A DNA stretch of 58,470 nucleotides, taken from positions 1 through 58,470 of the forward strand of contig JBFJHJ010000019.1 of assembly GCA_041613315.1 (NCBI GenBank). The letters are read 5' to 3'. Position 1 is the first letter of the stretch. Each line of letters opens with the position of its first letter. Of this stretch, positions 26,172 through 35,256 are shown one piece after another. Source of the stretch: Gemmatimonadales bacterium (GTDB taxonomy: Bacteria > Gemmatimonadota > Gemmatimonadetes > Gemmatimonadales > GWC2-71-9). The notes below the pieces were generated by a model, which was not told where the DNA came from, ran no database searches, and saw nothing but the letters and a program-made list of their open reading frames with translations. A program made the position numbers and the translations under genes.

Positions 26172-26881
26172 TGCTGCAGGTGGGAGGCGCGTTGCCGACC
26201 AGCGCGTGGGAGCTGATCACGGCGTCGTCCCAGGCGACCAAGGGGGTGATGGCCATCTTGTTGCTGTTCTCTGCGGTCAGCTGGTTCCTGATCGTGCTCA
26301 AGGTGGTGCAGTTTCGACGCGTGCGGCGGCAAGCGGACCGGTTTTTCGACGAGCTGGAGCGAACCACCCGCCTGGAGGATGCCTATCACGCGGTGATGAA
26401 ACTGCCGCCGTCGCCGTACGGTCGTCTCCTGCGGGAAGGCGTCAATTTCTTCTCCGAGCTCCGTCCGGGCTCCCTCCAGGCGGAGCGGGGCGCCGGGGTC
26501 GCCACGCTATCGCACACGCAACTCGAGGTGCTGCAGATGATGCTGGGGAAGGAAGTGGGCGCAGAGCGGGACATCATGGCCCGGTTCCTCCCATGGCTCG
26601 CGACGATCGGCTCGGTGAGCCCACTGCTCGGTCTGTTGGGGACGGTGATCGGGGTGATGAACGCGTTCATCGGCATCGCCGCGGGCGGCTCGGGGAACAT
26701 CTCCGCGGTCGCGCCCGGGGTGGCGGAGGCGCTGATCACCACCGTGCTCGGGCTCGCGGTGGCCATCCCGGCGGTCATCGCCTATAACGTGTTCGTCAAC
26801 CGCCTCGGGCTCTTCGCCGGCGAGCTGGACGGCTTCGCGCGGGAGATCGTGGGCACCATGGCCAGGGAAGGGAAGGTGTGA
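26168..26881 (+). CDS. tolQ: MotA/TolQ/ExbB proton channel protein
   Basis: LATIGSVSPLLGLLGTVIG, VAPGVAEALITT.LGL.VAIPA; first gene of a tol-pal cluster. Confidence 0.9.
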   Translation: MMLQVGGALPTSAWELITASSQATKGVMAILLLFSAVSWFLIVLKVVQFRRVRRQADRFFDELERTTRLEDAYHAVMKLPPSPYGRLLREGVNFFSELRPGSLQAERGAGVATLSHTQLEVLQMMLGKEVGAERDIMARFLPWLATIGSVSPLLGLLGTVIGVMNAFIGIAAGGSGNISAVAPGVAEALITTVLGLAVAIPAVIAYNVFVNRLGLFAGELDGFAREIVGTMAREGKV

Positions 26882-27318
26882 GAGTGGCGAGTCGCGGAGT
26901 GCACGAAGGCCTCCACGCCCGCGGTGAGCTCCCGCTCGCGGCGGACATCAATGTCACGTCTCTGGTGGACGTCGCCTTTGTGCTGCTTATCATCTTCATG
27001 ATCACGGCGCCCATCATGCAGGGCGGGGTGGACGTGCAGCTCCCGCGCGCCGAAGCGCGCCCGCTGCAGCCGCGCCAGGGCTTGATCGTCTCGGTGGACC
27101 GCCAGGGGCGGATCTTCGTCGACGAGAACCCCCTCACGTACGCGGACTTCCGCGCCGGCTTCCGGGCGATCGTGACGGCCCGGCAGCCCGAGGGCGTCTA
27201 TCTTCGCGCCGACAGTCGAGCCACCTACGGCGATGTCGTGCGCGTCCTGGCGGTCATGCGTGCGTCCGGGGTGGGCGACGTGGGACTCGTTGCTGAGGAC
27301 GAGCGGATCGGACGGTGA
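26878..27318 (+). CDS. tolR: TolR/ExbD biopolymer transport protein
   Basis: INVTSLVDVAFVLLIIFMITAP, VYLRAD. Confidence 0.9.
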   Translation: MRVASRGVHEGLHARGELPLAADINVTSLVDVAFVLLIIFMITAPIMQGGVDVQLPRAEARPLQPRQGLIVSVDRQGRIFVDENPLTYADFRAGFRAIVTARQPEGVYLRADSRATYGDVVRVLAVMRASGVGDVGLVAEDERIGR

Positions 27319-28022
27319 GCAGGCGGCCGATGTGGCGCGCGGGGCTGCGGGGGCGCGAGCCCCGTGGGAACGGCGTAGCGCTCCTCGGGACGCTGGTCAT
27401 TCACGGCGCCATGGCCTTGGGCATCGCGGTCTCGCCCTCGATGGTGCCTCGGGCGATGCCCCCGGTCTATCAGGTCGAGCTCGTCGCGGCGCCGCGAGCG
27501 GAGCCGGAGCGCCGAAAGGCGCCCGAGGTCGTGGAGCGGCCGGCCGAGCGGCCGATGCCCTCACCCACGACGCCCCGCCGCACGTCGGTCGCCGAGACGC
27601 CACCGCCCCCCGTGGCTCAGGCGGAGCAAAAAGAGCTGCCGCCCCGGACGAATCCCGTCGAACAGCCCGCGCCGGGCGTGGAGCCGTCCACGGGCAGCGA
27701 CGTGGCCACGGTGAAGGTCAGCGGCATTGCGTTCGCCTACCCGGAGTACTTGCGTAATGTCGTGGCCCAGGTCTACCGGCGGTGGCAGCGTCCGTCGGGC
27801 ACCGTGTCGCTGCGCGCCGAGGTCTTGTTCTTCATCCACCGGGACGGCTCGATCTCGAACCTCCACTTCGTCCGACGCTCCGGAAGCTTCGCCTTCGACC
27901 TCGAGGCGCAGGGCGCGATCGAAGCGGCGGGCACGGCGCGCGCCTTTGGACCGCTCCCGGCAGGGTATAATGCAGATGTGTTGCCCGTGAGCTTCTTCTT
28001 CGATCCGTCGAGCACGCGATGA
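27315..28022 (+). CDS. TolA/TonB-family energy transducer
   Basis: Single TM with His, Pro-rich linker, C-terminal domain IHRDGSI...RSGSFAFD.EA. Confidence 0.8.
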   Translation: MSRRPMWRAGLRGREPRGNGVALLGTLVIHGAMALGIAVSPSMVPRAMPPVYQVELVAAPRAEPERRKAPEVVERPAERPMPSPTTPRRTSVAETPPPPVAQAEQKELPPRTNPVEQPAPGVEPSTGSDVATVKVSGIAFAYPEYLRNVVAQVYRRWQRPSGTVSLRAEVLFFIHRDGSISNLHFVRRSGSFAFDLEAQGAIEAAGTARAFGPLPAGYNADVLPVSFFFDPSSTR

Positions 28023-29437
28023 CGGCCGCCGCGGCGCCGCGTCGCGCGAGCGTCCACGTGGGTGTTGGGCGGGCCCTGGGCACGCTGCTCACGTTGGCCG
28101 CCCTGGCCCACCCGGCTCGGGCTCAGGACACCGTCCCGCCGGTCGAACAGGGGGTCCGGATCGGCATCACGTACACACCGGGTCAGCGGCCCGGGCTGCT
28201 CGTGCTCGGTGGGCTGCGGGCGGCCGCGCTCGACTCCATCCGGGCAATCCTGGAGCGCGACCTGGACTTCAGCGACCGCTTCGAAATGATCTCGCTTCCC
28301 GCGGGGGAGGGACTGACGCTGGGAATGGTGGGCTCGGCCGGCGAGCCCGCGCCCGCCGACCCACCGGCGACGGGGTCGCCCGCGCCGTTCGTCAACTACC
28401 CGCTGTACGCGGCGCTCGGCGCAGAGTTCGCCGTGGCGGTCGATCCGGGCGCCGACTCGAACTGGGCGGCGGTGAGCCTGTACGACGTCCGCGGGGCGGG
28501 GGAGCGGGAGCGCGCCCGCGTCTTGTTGCGGGACCCGGCGGATCCCGAGTTTCGCCTCGACGTCCACCGCGTGGCGGATCGGCTGGTCCAGGCCGCCACG
28601 GGCGAGCCGGGCATCGCGGCTTCCGGCCTGCTGTTCCTCGTGCGGGATCGTGTCTACCGCATCGACCCCGACCGAGCCGGGTTCGCCCCGGTCACGCCCG
28701 AGGGGGTGAGCGCCTTTTCCCCGACCTGGGACCCCCGGGGACAGCGGATCGTCTACAGCGAGCTGGCCGAGGGGTGGGGTCGGATCGTCGTGCACGACCT
28801 CCGGACGGGTGCCCGGAGCGTCGTACCGCCCACCACGCGCTACCTCAACTACACCCCGGTCGTCTCGCCCGCCGGGCGCACGCTCGCCTACACCCGCAGC
28901 GACGATGAAGGCACCGATATCTACACGTACAACTACGCCGCCAACTGTTGTTTGGAGCGCTTGACGGTGGGGCGCTTTTCGGATAACCTTTCCCCCACCT
29001 TCAGCCCGGATGGACGGCAGGTGGCGTTCGTGTCCACTCGGGCAGGGCTGCCGCAGATCTATGTGATGGCGGTGGATGGGACGCGCCAGGAACTGTTCGC
29101 GCCGTTCGACTATGGCGTGACCGGGAGTTCGTTCGCGCCCGAGTGGTCGCCGGACGGCACGCGCATCACCTTTCATCGTGACGTGCAAGGCAGTCCGCAG
29201 GTCTTCATCATGGACGTCCGGTCCCGGGTGGTCCGGCAGTTGACCAGCGCGGGGCGGAACGAGGATGCAACGTGGGCGCCGGACGGGCGCCACCTCGCTT
29301 TCGTTTCGGACCGCACCGGCACCCGGCAGATCTGGGTGATTGATATCGAGACGGGCCGGATTCGGCAGCTCACGACCGTCGGAGGCGCGAGCCTACCGGC
29401 GTGGTCACCACGGTTTACACAGCCGACACCACCATAA
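28019..29437 (+). CDS. tolB: TolB-like beta-propeller (PD40 repeats)
   Basis: DLDFSDRF; repeated P.WSPDG/FSPDG..AFVS units; position between tolA-like gene and pal. Confidence 0.85.
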   Translation: MTAAAAPRRASVHVGVGRALGTLLTLAALAHPARAQDTVPPVEQGVRIGITYTPGQRPGLLVLGGLRAAALDSIRAILERDLDFSDRFEMISLPAGEGLTLGMVGSAGEPAPADPPATGSPAPFVNYPLYAALGAEFAVAVDPGADSNWAAVSLYDVRGAGERERARVLLRDPADPEFRLDVHRVADRLVQAATGEPGIAASGLLFLVRDRVYRIDPDRAGFAPVTPEGVSAFSPTWDPRGQRIVYSELAEGWGRIVVHDLRTGARSVVPPTTRYLNYTPVVSPAGRTLAYTRSDDEGTDIYTYNYAANCCLERLTVGRFSDNLSPTFSPDGRQVAFVSTRAGLPQIYVMAVDGTRQELFAPFDYGVTGSSFAPEWSPDGTRITFHRDVQGSPQVFIMDVRSRVVRQLTSAGRNEDATWAPDGRHLAFVSDRTGTRQIWVIDIETGRIRQLTTVGGASLPAWSPRFTQPTPP

Positions 29438-29450
29438 TCATGGAGCGACG

Positions 29451-30083
29451 ATGAAACTCAAGTTCGCACTCACGCTCGGTGTGGCGGTCATCGTGACGGC
29501 GGCTGCGGCCGCCTGTGGCGGACCGCCGCCGCCGCCGCCACAGCCCGCGGTCGATTCCGCGGCCATTCGGGACTCGATCGCCCGGGCGCGCGCCGACTCG
29601 ATCGCGCGGGCCCGCGCCCGCGAGGACAGTATCCGTCGGGCTCGGGAGCGTGATGAGGCGATGCGCCGCGCCCGCGAGGATTCGGTCGCGCGCGCGACCA
29701 CGGCCGCCGTTCGCGCGATGCTACAGGCGCGGGTGAACTTCGACTTTGACCGGTCGAACATCCGGCCGGGTGATGCCCGGGTCTTGGATCAGAAGCTCGC
29801 GATCCTCCAGGCCAACCCGAACCTGCGCATCCAGATTACGGGGCACTGTGACGAGCGCGGCTCCGACGAGTACAACATGGCGCTGGGCAACCGGCGCGCG
29901 CTGGCCGCACGGGCGTACCTCACCGATCGTGGCATCGCGGCGGACCGCATCGGCACTCGCTCTATGGGCGAGCGCCAACCGCTCGCGGCGGGCAGTAACG
30001 AAACCGCCTGGGCACAGAATCGTCGCGACGAGTTTGAGATCACGGCCGGCGGCGACCGGCTGGTTCGGCCCGGCGGGATGTAA
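29451..30083 (+). CDS. pal: Peptidoglycan-associated lipoprotein (OmpA/Pal family), copy 1
   Basis: Lipobox AAAC; FDFDRS, ITGHCDERGSDEYNMALGNRRA, AWAQNRR. Confidence 0.9.
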   Translation: MKLKFALTLGVAVIVTAAAAACGGPPPPPPQPAVDSAAIRDSIARARADSIARARAREDSIRRARERDEAMRRAREDSVARATTAAVRAMLQARVNFDFDRSNIRPGDARVLDQKLAILQANPNLRIQITGHCDERGSDEYNMALGNRRALAARAYLTDRGIAADRIGTRSMGERQPLAAGSNETAWAQNRRDEFEITAGGDRLVRPGGM

Positions 30084-30101
30084 CCGCGGGAGGGGTTGCA
30101 C

Positions 30102-30136
30102 GGCGCGCCGCCGCCCCGAGCGGACGGCGGCGCGCC
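30102..30136 (+). terminator. GC-rich stem-loop after pal copy 1 (terminator or mRNA-stabilising hairpin)
   Basis: Perfect 12-bp inverted repeat GGCGCGCCGCCG / CGGCGGCGCGCC without a U-tract; second long imperfect hairpin at 30178-30224. Confidence 0.5.
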
Positions 30137-30247
30137 TGCCGGATTGATGGGCACACAAGCGAGCAATCACCGTGCGTCGGCTCGGCGCGAGACCCGGGTG
30201 GTCGGGGTTTTTCGTGCCGGGCCGCATGTGCCAAGAACGGAGTGATC

Positions 30248-30793
30248 ATGCGATTCACGAGTGCTACGACCCTTGCCGTCGCGCTGGCGCTGGCCGCCTG
30301 CGGTGGGCGGGAAGGCCAACAAGGGCAACAAGAGCAGCAGCAGGCCGCGCCGGACAGCATCGCGCGCGCCCGCGCGGCCGCGGACTCCGTGGCGCGTATC
30401 CGGGCGCAGACGGAAGAGGTCCGCACGATGGTCGCCCAGCGGATCCATTTCAATTTCGACCGTGCCCAGATCCGGCCGGCCGAGGATACGCGCATCATGG
30501 AACAGAAGGTGGCGATCCTCCAGGCCAATCCCGGCCTGCGCGTCGAGATCACCGGGCATTGCGATGAGCGTGGCCCGCGGGCGTACAACCAGGCGCTCGG
30601 CATGCGTCGTGCGGACGCCGCCAAGCGGCTGCTCACGAGCCGTGGGATCGCCGCCGATCGCATCACGACGCGCTCGCGGGGCGAAGACGAGCCGTTGAAC
30701 CCGGCACGCAACCGGGAAGCATGGGCCCAGAACCGTCGCGCGGAGTTCGCGATCACCGCAGGCGGTGACCGGCTGGTCCGGCCGGCGCGGTGA
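30248..30793 (+). CDS. Peptidoglycan-associated lipoprotein (OmpA/Pal family), copy 2
   Basis: Lipobox LAAC; IHFNFDRA, ITGHCDERG..YNQALGMRRA, AWAQNRRAEF; clear paralog of the upstream gene. Confidence 0.88.
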   Translation: MRFTSATTLAVALALAACGGREGQQGQQEQQQAAPDSIARARAAADSVARIRAQTEEVRTMVAQRIHFNFDRAQIRPAEDTRIMEQKVAILQANPGLRVEITGHCDERGPRAYNQALGMRRADAAKRLLTSRGIAADRITTRSRGEDEPLNPARNREAWAQNRRAEFAITAGGDRLVRPAR

Positions 30794-31569
30794 GAACGGC
30801 CTGGCTGCTCACCGCCGTGCTTGCCGTCAGCGGGTGCGCGCTCAAAGGCGACGTGCGGCGGGTCGAGCGGCAACTGCAGGGCCTCCGGGCGGAGACCACC
30901 CAGTCGGATTCCGCCCGGGCCGAACAGCTGGAGCAGGTGTTGGCCTTCCAGCAACGGGCCCTGGACTCCCTGTCCGTCCTGGTCCGGCGTGTCACCCTGT
31001 TCCAGGGCGACATGCGGACCGATCTCACGGAGGTCCAGCGCCAACTGGTACAGATCCAGGAGCTCACCGGCCAAAGCCAGCAGCGCCTGACCGAACTTCG
31101 CTCGCGCCTGGACCGGCGGGATGATGAGGTGCCCGCGACCGGGGCGCTCGACGATCAGCGTGCGGGGCGGCCGGCCGGGCCGGCGGGCGCGGACATCGGA
31201 GCTCAGCAGCTGTACGACCTCTCGCTGCAGCAGCTCCGCCGCGGCAGTCCCCAGACGGCCCGGGCGGGGTTCCGCAAGCTGCTGTCGGACTTCCCGCAGC
31301 ACCCGCTCGCCGGCGACGCGCAGTTCTTCATCGGCGAGTCGTGGGAGGAAGCCAATGCGGACTCGGCCGCCGTGGCCTACGAGCAGGTCGTCCGGAGATA
31401 CTCGGACTCACGCCACGCGCCCACCGCGCTCTACCGTCTCGGACTCATCGCCGAGCGGCGCGGGGACCGCCGGGCGGCACAGGTGTATTACTCACGCGTC
31501 GTCGCCGGATACCCGCGCTCCGAAGAGGCGCAACTCGCCAGGGCCAAGCTGGGGACGCCACAGCGCTGA
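30790..31569 (+). CDS. cpoB: Tol-Pal system protein CpoB/YbgF-like (coiled coil + TPR)
   Basis: Lipobox-like SGC, coiled coil, FPQHPLAGDAQFFIGE, APTALYRLG, YPRSEEA; directly after pal. Confidence 0.8.
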   Translation: MRTAWLLTAVLAVSGCALKGDVRRVERQLQGLRAETTQSDSARAEQLEQVLAFQQRALDSLSVLVRRVTLFQGDMRTDLTEVQRQLVQIQELTGQSQQRLTELRSRLDRRDDEVPATGALDDQRAGRPAGPAGADIGAQQLYDLSLQQLRRGSPQTARAGFRKLLSDFPQHPLAGDAQFFIGESWEEANADSAAVAYEQVVRRYSDSRHAPTALYRLGLIAERRGDRRAAQVYYSRVVAGYPRSEEAQLARAKLGTPQR

Positions 31570-31596
31570 CGCCCGGCGGCGTCCGGCCTCCGGACC

Positions 31597-34500
31597 ATGA
31601 AGGCGAAACCTCCCAAGGGCGACATGCCCTTCCTCGACCACCTCGAGGAGCTGAGGTGGCGCATCCTGTGGAGCCTGCTGGCGCTGACCATCGGCGTCGT
31701 CGTGGGCTTCTTCGTCGTCCAGCGCTTCGACGTGCTCGGCCTGCTCCGGGTCCCCATCGCGCCGTATCTGCCCGACGGCCGCCTCTTCGTCACCCGACCC
31801 ACCGACGCGTTCATGATCACGCTCAAGCTGGCCGTGGGCGTGGGCTTGGTGCTGGCGTCGCCGGTGATCGTCGCCCAGGTGTGGCTGTTCCTCTCTCCCG
31901 CGCTCTTCCCCCACGAGCGGCGCTACCTGATGCCCGCGCTCATCGCGGGGGCCAGCCTGTTCCTCGTCGGTGTGGTGATGGCGTATCGCTGGGTCCTCCC
32001 CGCGGCGCTGCGGTTCCTGCTCATGTTTCAGCGCGAGGATCTGGAAACCATCATTACCGCGAACGAGTACCTCGCCTTCGCGATCCAGTTGATCGTGGCC
32101 TTCGGCCTCGTGTTCGAGCTGCCCCTCGTGATGGTGCTGCTGGCCGGGTTGGGCCTCGTGTCGCCCGCCACCTTTGCGCGACAGCGGCCCATCGCCCTCG
32201 TGTTGGCCTGTGTCGTGGCGGCGCTGGTCACGCCGCCCGACGTCGCGTCGATGGTGCTCATGCTGGTCCCGATGTGGGTGCTGTACGAAGCGGGGATCGC
32301 CGTGGGGCGCGTCGCGTACCGCCGCCGGGCGCAGCGGACGATCGGGACGGCCGCCCTGGTGCTGCTCGCCGTGGCGGCGGCGCCGGAGCAGGCGGCGGCC
32401 CAGCAGCCCACGCCGCCACCGACCGACACCGCTCGCGTGCGCGTGGACTCGCTCTCCCAACCCATGGATACGGCGGCCGCTCGTCGCTTGGGCCTTCCCA
32501 CGGCGCCGAGCCGCTCCCTCCCGCCCGCCGATTCGGTGCTCCAGGCGCTGCTGCGTCGCGCCGGCTATACCGTCACCCGCTACGCCGGGGATAGCGTCAC
32601 GCTGTTCGGGGAGACCAACGAGATCCAGTTGGTGGGGTCGGCCCTGATCGAGCGCGACGGCACGACGCTCGAGGCGGATACGGTGAGCTTCCGCCAGGCG
32701 GCGTGCCGCCTCCGCGCCAACGGGTCCCCGGCCTTGTTCGAAAGCGGCACGGTGCTCGTCGGAGAGGGGATGCGCTACGACACGTGCGAGCGCCGCGGCA
32801 CCGTCGCCAGTGCGCTGACCAGCTTCCAGCAGTCGGGCGTGACCTGGTACCTGCGGGGCGGCCTCGAGATCGATTCGGCGTCCACCCGCGTCTACGGGGC
32901 TTCCAACGACATGACGAGCTGCGACCTGCCGACCCCGCATTACCACTTCGCGGCGGGGAACGTCAAGTGGGTCACGAACACGATCATGGTCGCCCGGCCG
33001 GCCGTCCTGTACGTGCGCGACGTCCCGATCCTGTGGTTACCGTTCATCTTCCAAGACATGCGGACCGGCCGGCGCACCGGCCTCCTCGTGCCACGCTTCG
33101 GCCTGAGCGACCTCGTGCGCCCGAACGAGGGCTACCGGCGCCATGTGTCCAACCTGGGCTACTACGTGGTGCTGAACGACTACCTCGACGTCCAGGCGTC
33201 GCTCGACTGGTTCGCGGGGAACTACATCGGTGTGAACGGCCAGATCCGCTACCGCTGGCTCGACCGCTTCCTCTCGGGCAACCTGGCCATGTCGCGCCTG
33301 TTCGAGGAGGGCCTGGCGGGGGAGCCGGGCGGCCGGTCGCTGCGGCTCCAGTGGAATCACGAGCAGAGCTTCAGCCAGCGCACGCGACTCACCGCGAGCG
33401 TAGACTTCGCCACGAGCGCGCGCGTCGTGCAACGCAACGCCGTGGATCCGTTTCTCCAGACCGCGACCCTCGGCAGCCGCTTGAATTTCAACAAGCAGTT
33501 CGACTGGGGCACCGTGTCGTTGGGTGGCAGCCGCACACAGGATCTCAGCAATGGAACCGTGTCGCAGACACTACCCACGCTCAGCCTCACGCCCCGGGCC
33601 ATCAACCTGTCGCGCGACGTGACGTGGTCCCCCACGATGTCGCTCACCAACACCCAGACGTTCGATCAAGGTCCGCCGATCCTCATCGCGCGACCGCCCC
33701 TGGACGGCGTGGCCCGCGACGACTCCCTCTTTCCCGACACGCGGACGACATCGCTGTCCGTCGGGACACCGTTACGGGTGGGCCAGTGGAATTGGACCAA
33801 CAGCTTCACCGTCGTGGACTTCCGCACGACGCGTCCCCAGACCCAGCCGTTCACGTTTCCGGATCCCAACAACCCGGCCGACAGCGTCAACCGCTACCTC
33901 GGCGAAGACTTCCGCACAGAGGTCAACTGGGAAACCGGGATCAACCTTCCCACCCTGTTTTCCTCCTCGTGGAAACTGCAGCCGTCGGTGGGGATCCGGA
34001 ACACGACCAGTGGGCCGTTCCTGCTGCGCAACGCCTTCACCCAGGGCGGATTCGTGAGCCAGGGGAAGCGCCTGGCGTTCGGCGCCAGTCTCTCGCCCAC
34101 CCTCTTCGGGTTCTTTCCCGGGTTCGGCCCGATCGCGCGCATTCGGCACGCGGTCTCGCCGCGGATCACTTGGAGCTACGCGCCCGCGGCCGACGTCCCG
34201 GACGCCTACGCCCGCGCCCTGAACCCGACGAACCCCGACGCCGTGCGGACCAGCCCGGCGCTGCATCAAGTGAGCTTCGGGCTCTCACAGATCTTCGAGG
34301 CGAAGCTCGAGTCGCCGCCGGGGGACACCGCCACGGATCCCCGCCAGGCGCCCAAGCGCAAGCTGCTCAGTATCCAGACGTCGTCGATCACCTATGACTT
34401 CGAACAGGCCAAGCTGGAAGGCCGGAACGGGTGGCGGACCCAGAGCCTCCAGAACACGCTCACGAGCGAGCTCCTCCCCGGCTTCAGCGTCGCAACGACC

Positions 34501-35103
34501 CACGACCTGTGGAACGGCCCCGTCGGGCTGGACACGTCGCCGTTCGATCCGTTTCTCCAGTCCGTCTCGGCCCGGTTCACCCTCTCCGCGCGGACCTTCG
34601 CCAGCATTCTGGGGCTGCTGACCGGTCGGGCCCCCCCGGAGGAAGGCCCCGAGGAGCGGCCGGGCCCCCAAGACCTGCTCCAACCCAGCGGAACCGGCCT
34701 CGGGCCGCCCACGAGTCTCGATGCCATCTTGGACCGCCAAGCGACCGCGCCGAGGGGCCGCGGATTGTCTGCGGCGTTCACCTACGATGACCGGCGCACC
34801 CGGCCGCAGCCCGACGCGCCGGCCAGCCGCGCGTTCGGGACCAACCGGACGCTCGGCATGCAAGTCGGCTTTTCCCCCACCGACAACTGGGGGGTGTCGT
34901 ATAACACGCAGTACAATTTCACGACGGACGAATTCACTCAGCACGTCCTGCGGCTCGATCGAGACCTGCATCGCTGGCGCGCCACGTTCTCGTTCATCAA
35001 GTCGCCCAACGGGAACTTCGCGTTCAACTTCTTCATCTCGCTGCTCGACCAGCCGGACATCAAGTTCACCTACGATCAGCGCACCGTCCGCCGGGAGCGC
35101 TGA
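31597..35103 (+). CDS. tatC: Fusion protein: twin-arginine translocase TatC (aa ~1-240) + internal signal peptide + LptD-like LPS-assembly outer membrane protein
   Basis: MPFLDHLEELRWR, QVWLFLSPALFPHE, FGLVFELP, VTPPD, LYE (TatC); then TSCDLPTPHYHF, LYVRDVPILWLPF, RRTGLLVPRFG, LGYY, RDLHRW (LptD-like); no stop between the two parts. Confidence 0.85.
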   Translation: MKAKPPKGDMPFLDHLEELRWRILWSLLALTIGVVVGFFVVQRFDVLGLLRVPIAPYLPDGRLFVTRPTDAFMITLKLAVGVGLVLASPVIVAQVWLFLSPALFPHERRYLMPALIAGASLFLVGVVMAYRWVLPAALRFLLMFQREDLETIITANEYLAFAIQLIVAFGLVFELPLVMVLLAGLGLVSPATFARQRPIALVLACVVAALVTPPDVASMVLMLVPMWVLYEAGIAVGRVAYRRRAQRTIGTAALVLLAVAAAPEQAAAQQPTPPPTDTARVRVDSLSQPMDTAAARRLGLPTAPSRSLPPADSVLQALLRRAGYTVTRYAGDSVTLFGETNEIQLVGSALIERDGTTLEADTVSFRQAACRLRANGSPALFESGTVLVGEGMRYDTCERRGTVASALTSFQQSGVTWYLRGGLEIDSASTRVYGASNDMTSCDLPTPHYHFAAGNVKWVTNTIMVARPAVLYVRDVPILWLPFIFQDMRTGRRTGLLVPRFGLSDLVRPNEGYRRHVSNLGYYVVLNDYLDVQASLDWFAGNYIGVNGQIRYRWLDRFLSGNLAMSRLFEEGLAGEPGGRSLRLQWNHEQSFSQRTRLTASVDFATSARVVQRNAVDPFLQTATLGSRLNFNKQFDWGTVSLGGSRTQDLSNGTVSQTLPTLSLTPRAINLSRDVTWSPTMSLTNTQTFDQGPPILIARPPLDGVARDDSLFPDTRTTSLSVGTPLRVGQWNWTNSFTVVDFRTTRPQTQPFTFPDPNNPADSVNRYLGEDFRTEVNWETGINLPTLFSSSWKLQPSVGIRNTTSGPFLLRNAFTQGGFVSQGKRLAFGASLSPTLFGFFPGFGPIARIRHAVSPRITWSYAPAADVPDAYARALNPTNPDAVRTSPALHQVSFGLSQIFEAKLESPPGDTATDPRQAPKRKLLSIQTSSITYDFEQAKLEGRNGWRTQSLQNTLTSELLPGFSVATTHDLWNGPVGLDTSPFDPFLQSVSARFTLSARTFASILGLLTGRAPPEEGPEERPGPQDLLQPSGTGLGPPTSLDAILDRQATAPRGRGLSAAFTYDDRRTRPQPDAPASRAFGTNRTLGMQVGFSPTDNWGVSYNTQYNFTTDEFTQHVLRLDRDLHRWRATFSFIKSPNGNFAFNFFISLLDQPDIKFTYDQRTVRRER

Positions 35104-35110
35104 TCGCCCC

Positions 35111-35141
35111 GCTCGATTGTCCTCTGCGGAGGACATCGAGC
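35111..35141 (+). terminator. Stem-loop downstream of tatC-lptD
   Basis: GCTCGA-T-TGTCCTC-TGCG-GAGGACA-TCGAGC; no U-tract. Confidence 0.45.
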
Positions 35142-35147
35142 CCGCCG

Positions 35148-35181
35148 ATGACACCGCATAACCCATTGTGTTATAATAACA
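35148..35181 (+). promoter_or_regulatory. Sigma70-type promoter with overlapping palindrome
   Basis: ATGACA (35148-53), 18 bp, TATAAT (35172-77) with extended TGn; palindrome TGTTAT-A-ATAACA (35169-81). Confidence 0.6.
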
Positions 35182-35256
35182 TATGACAGAGCCCCGCACG
35201 CGGCACGCTCCCTGCTCACTTGCGTGGCGAGGACGCCTTTATCGAGGAGAGCGCGT

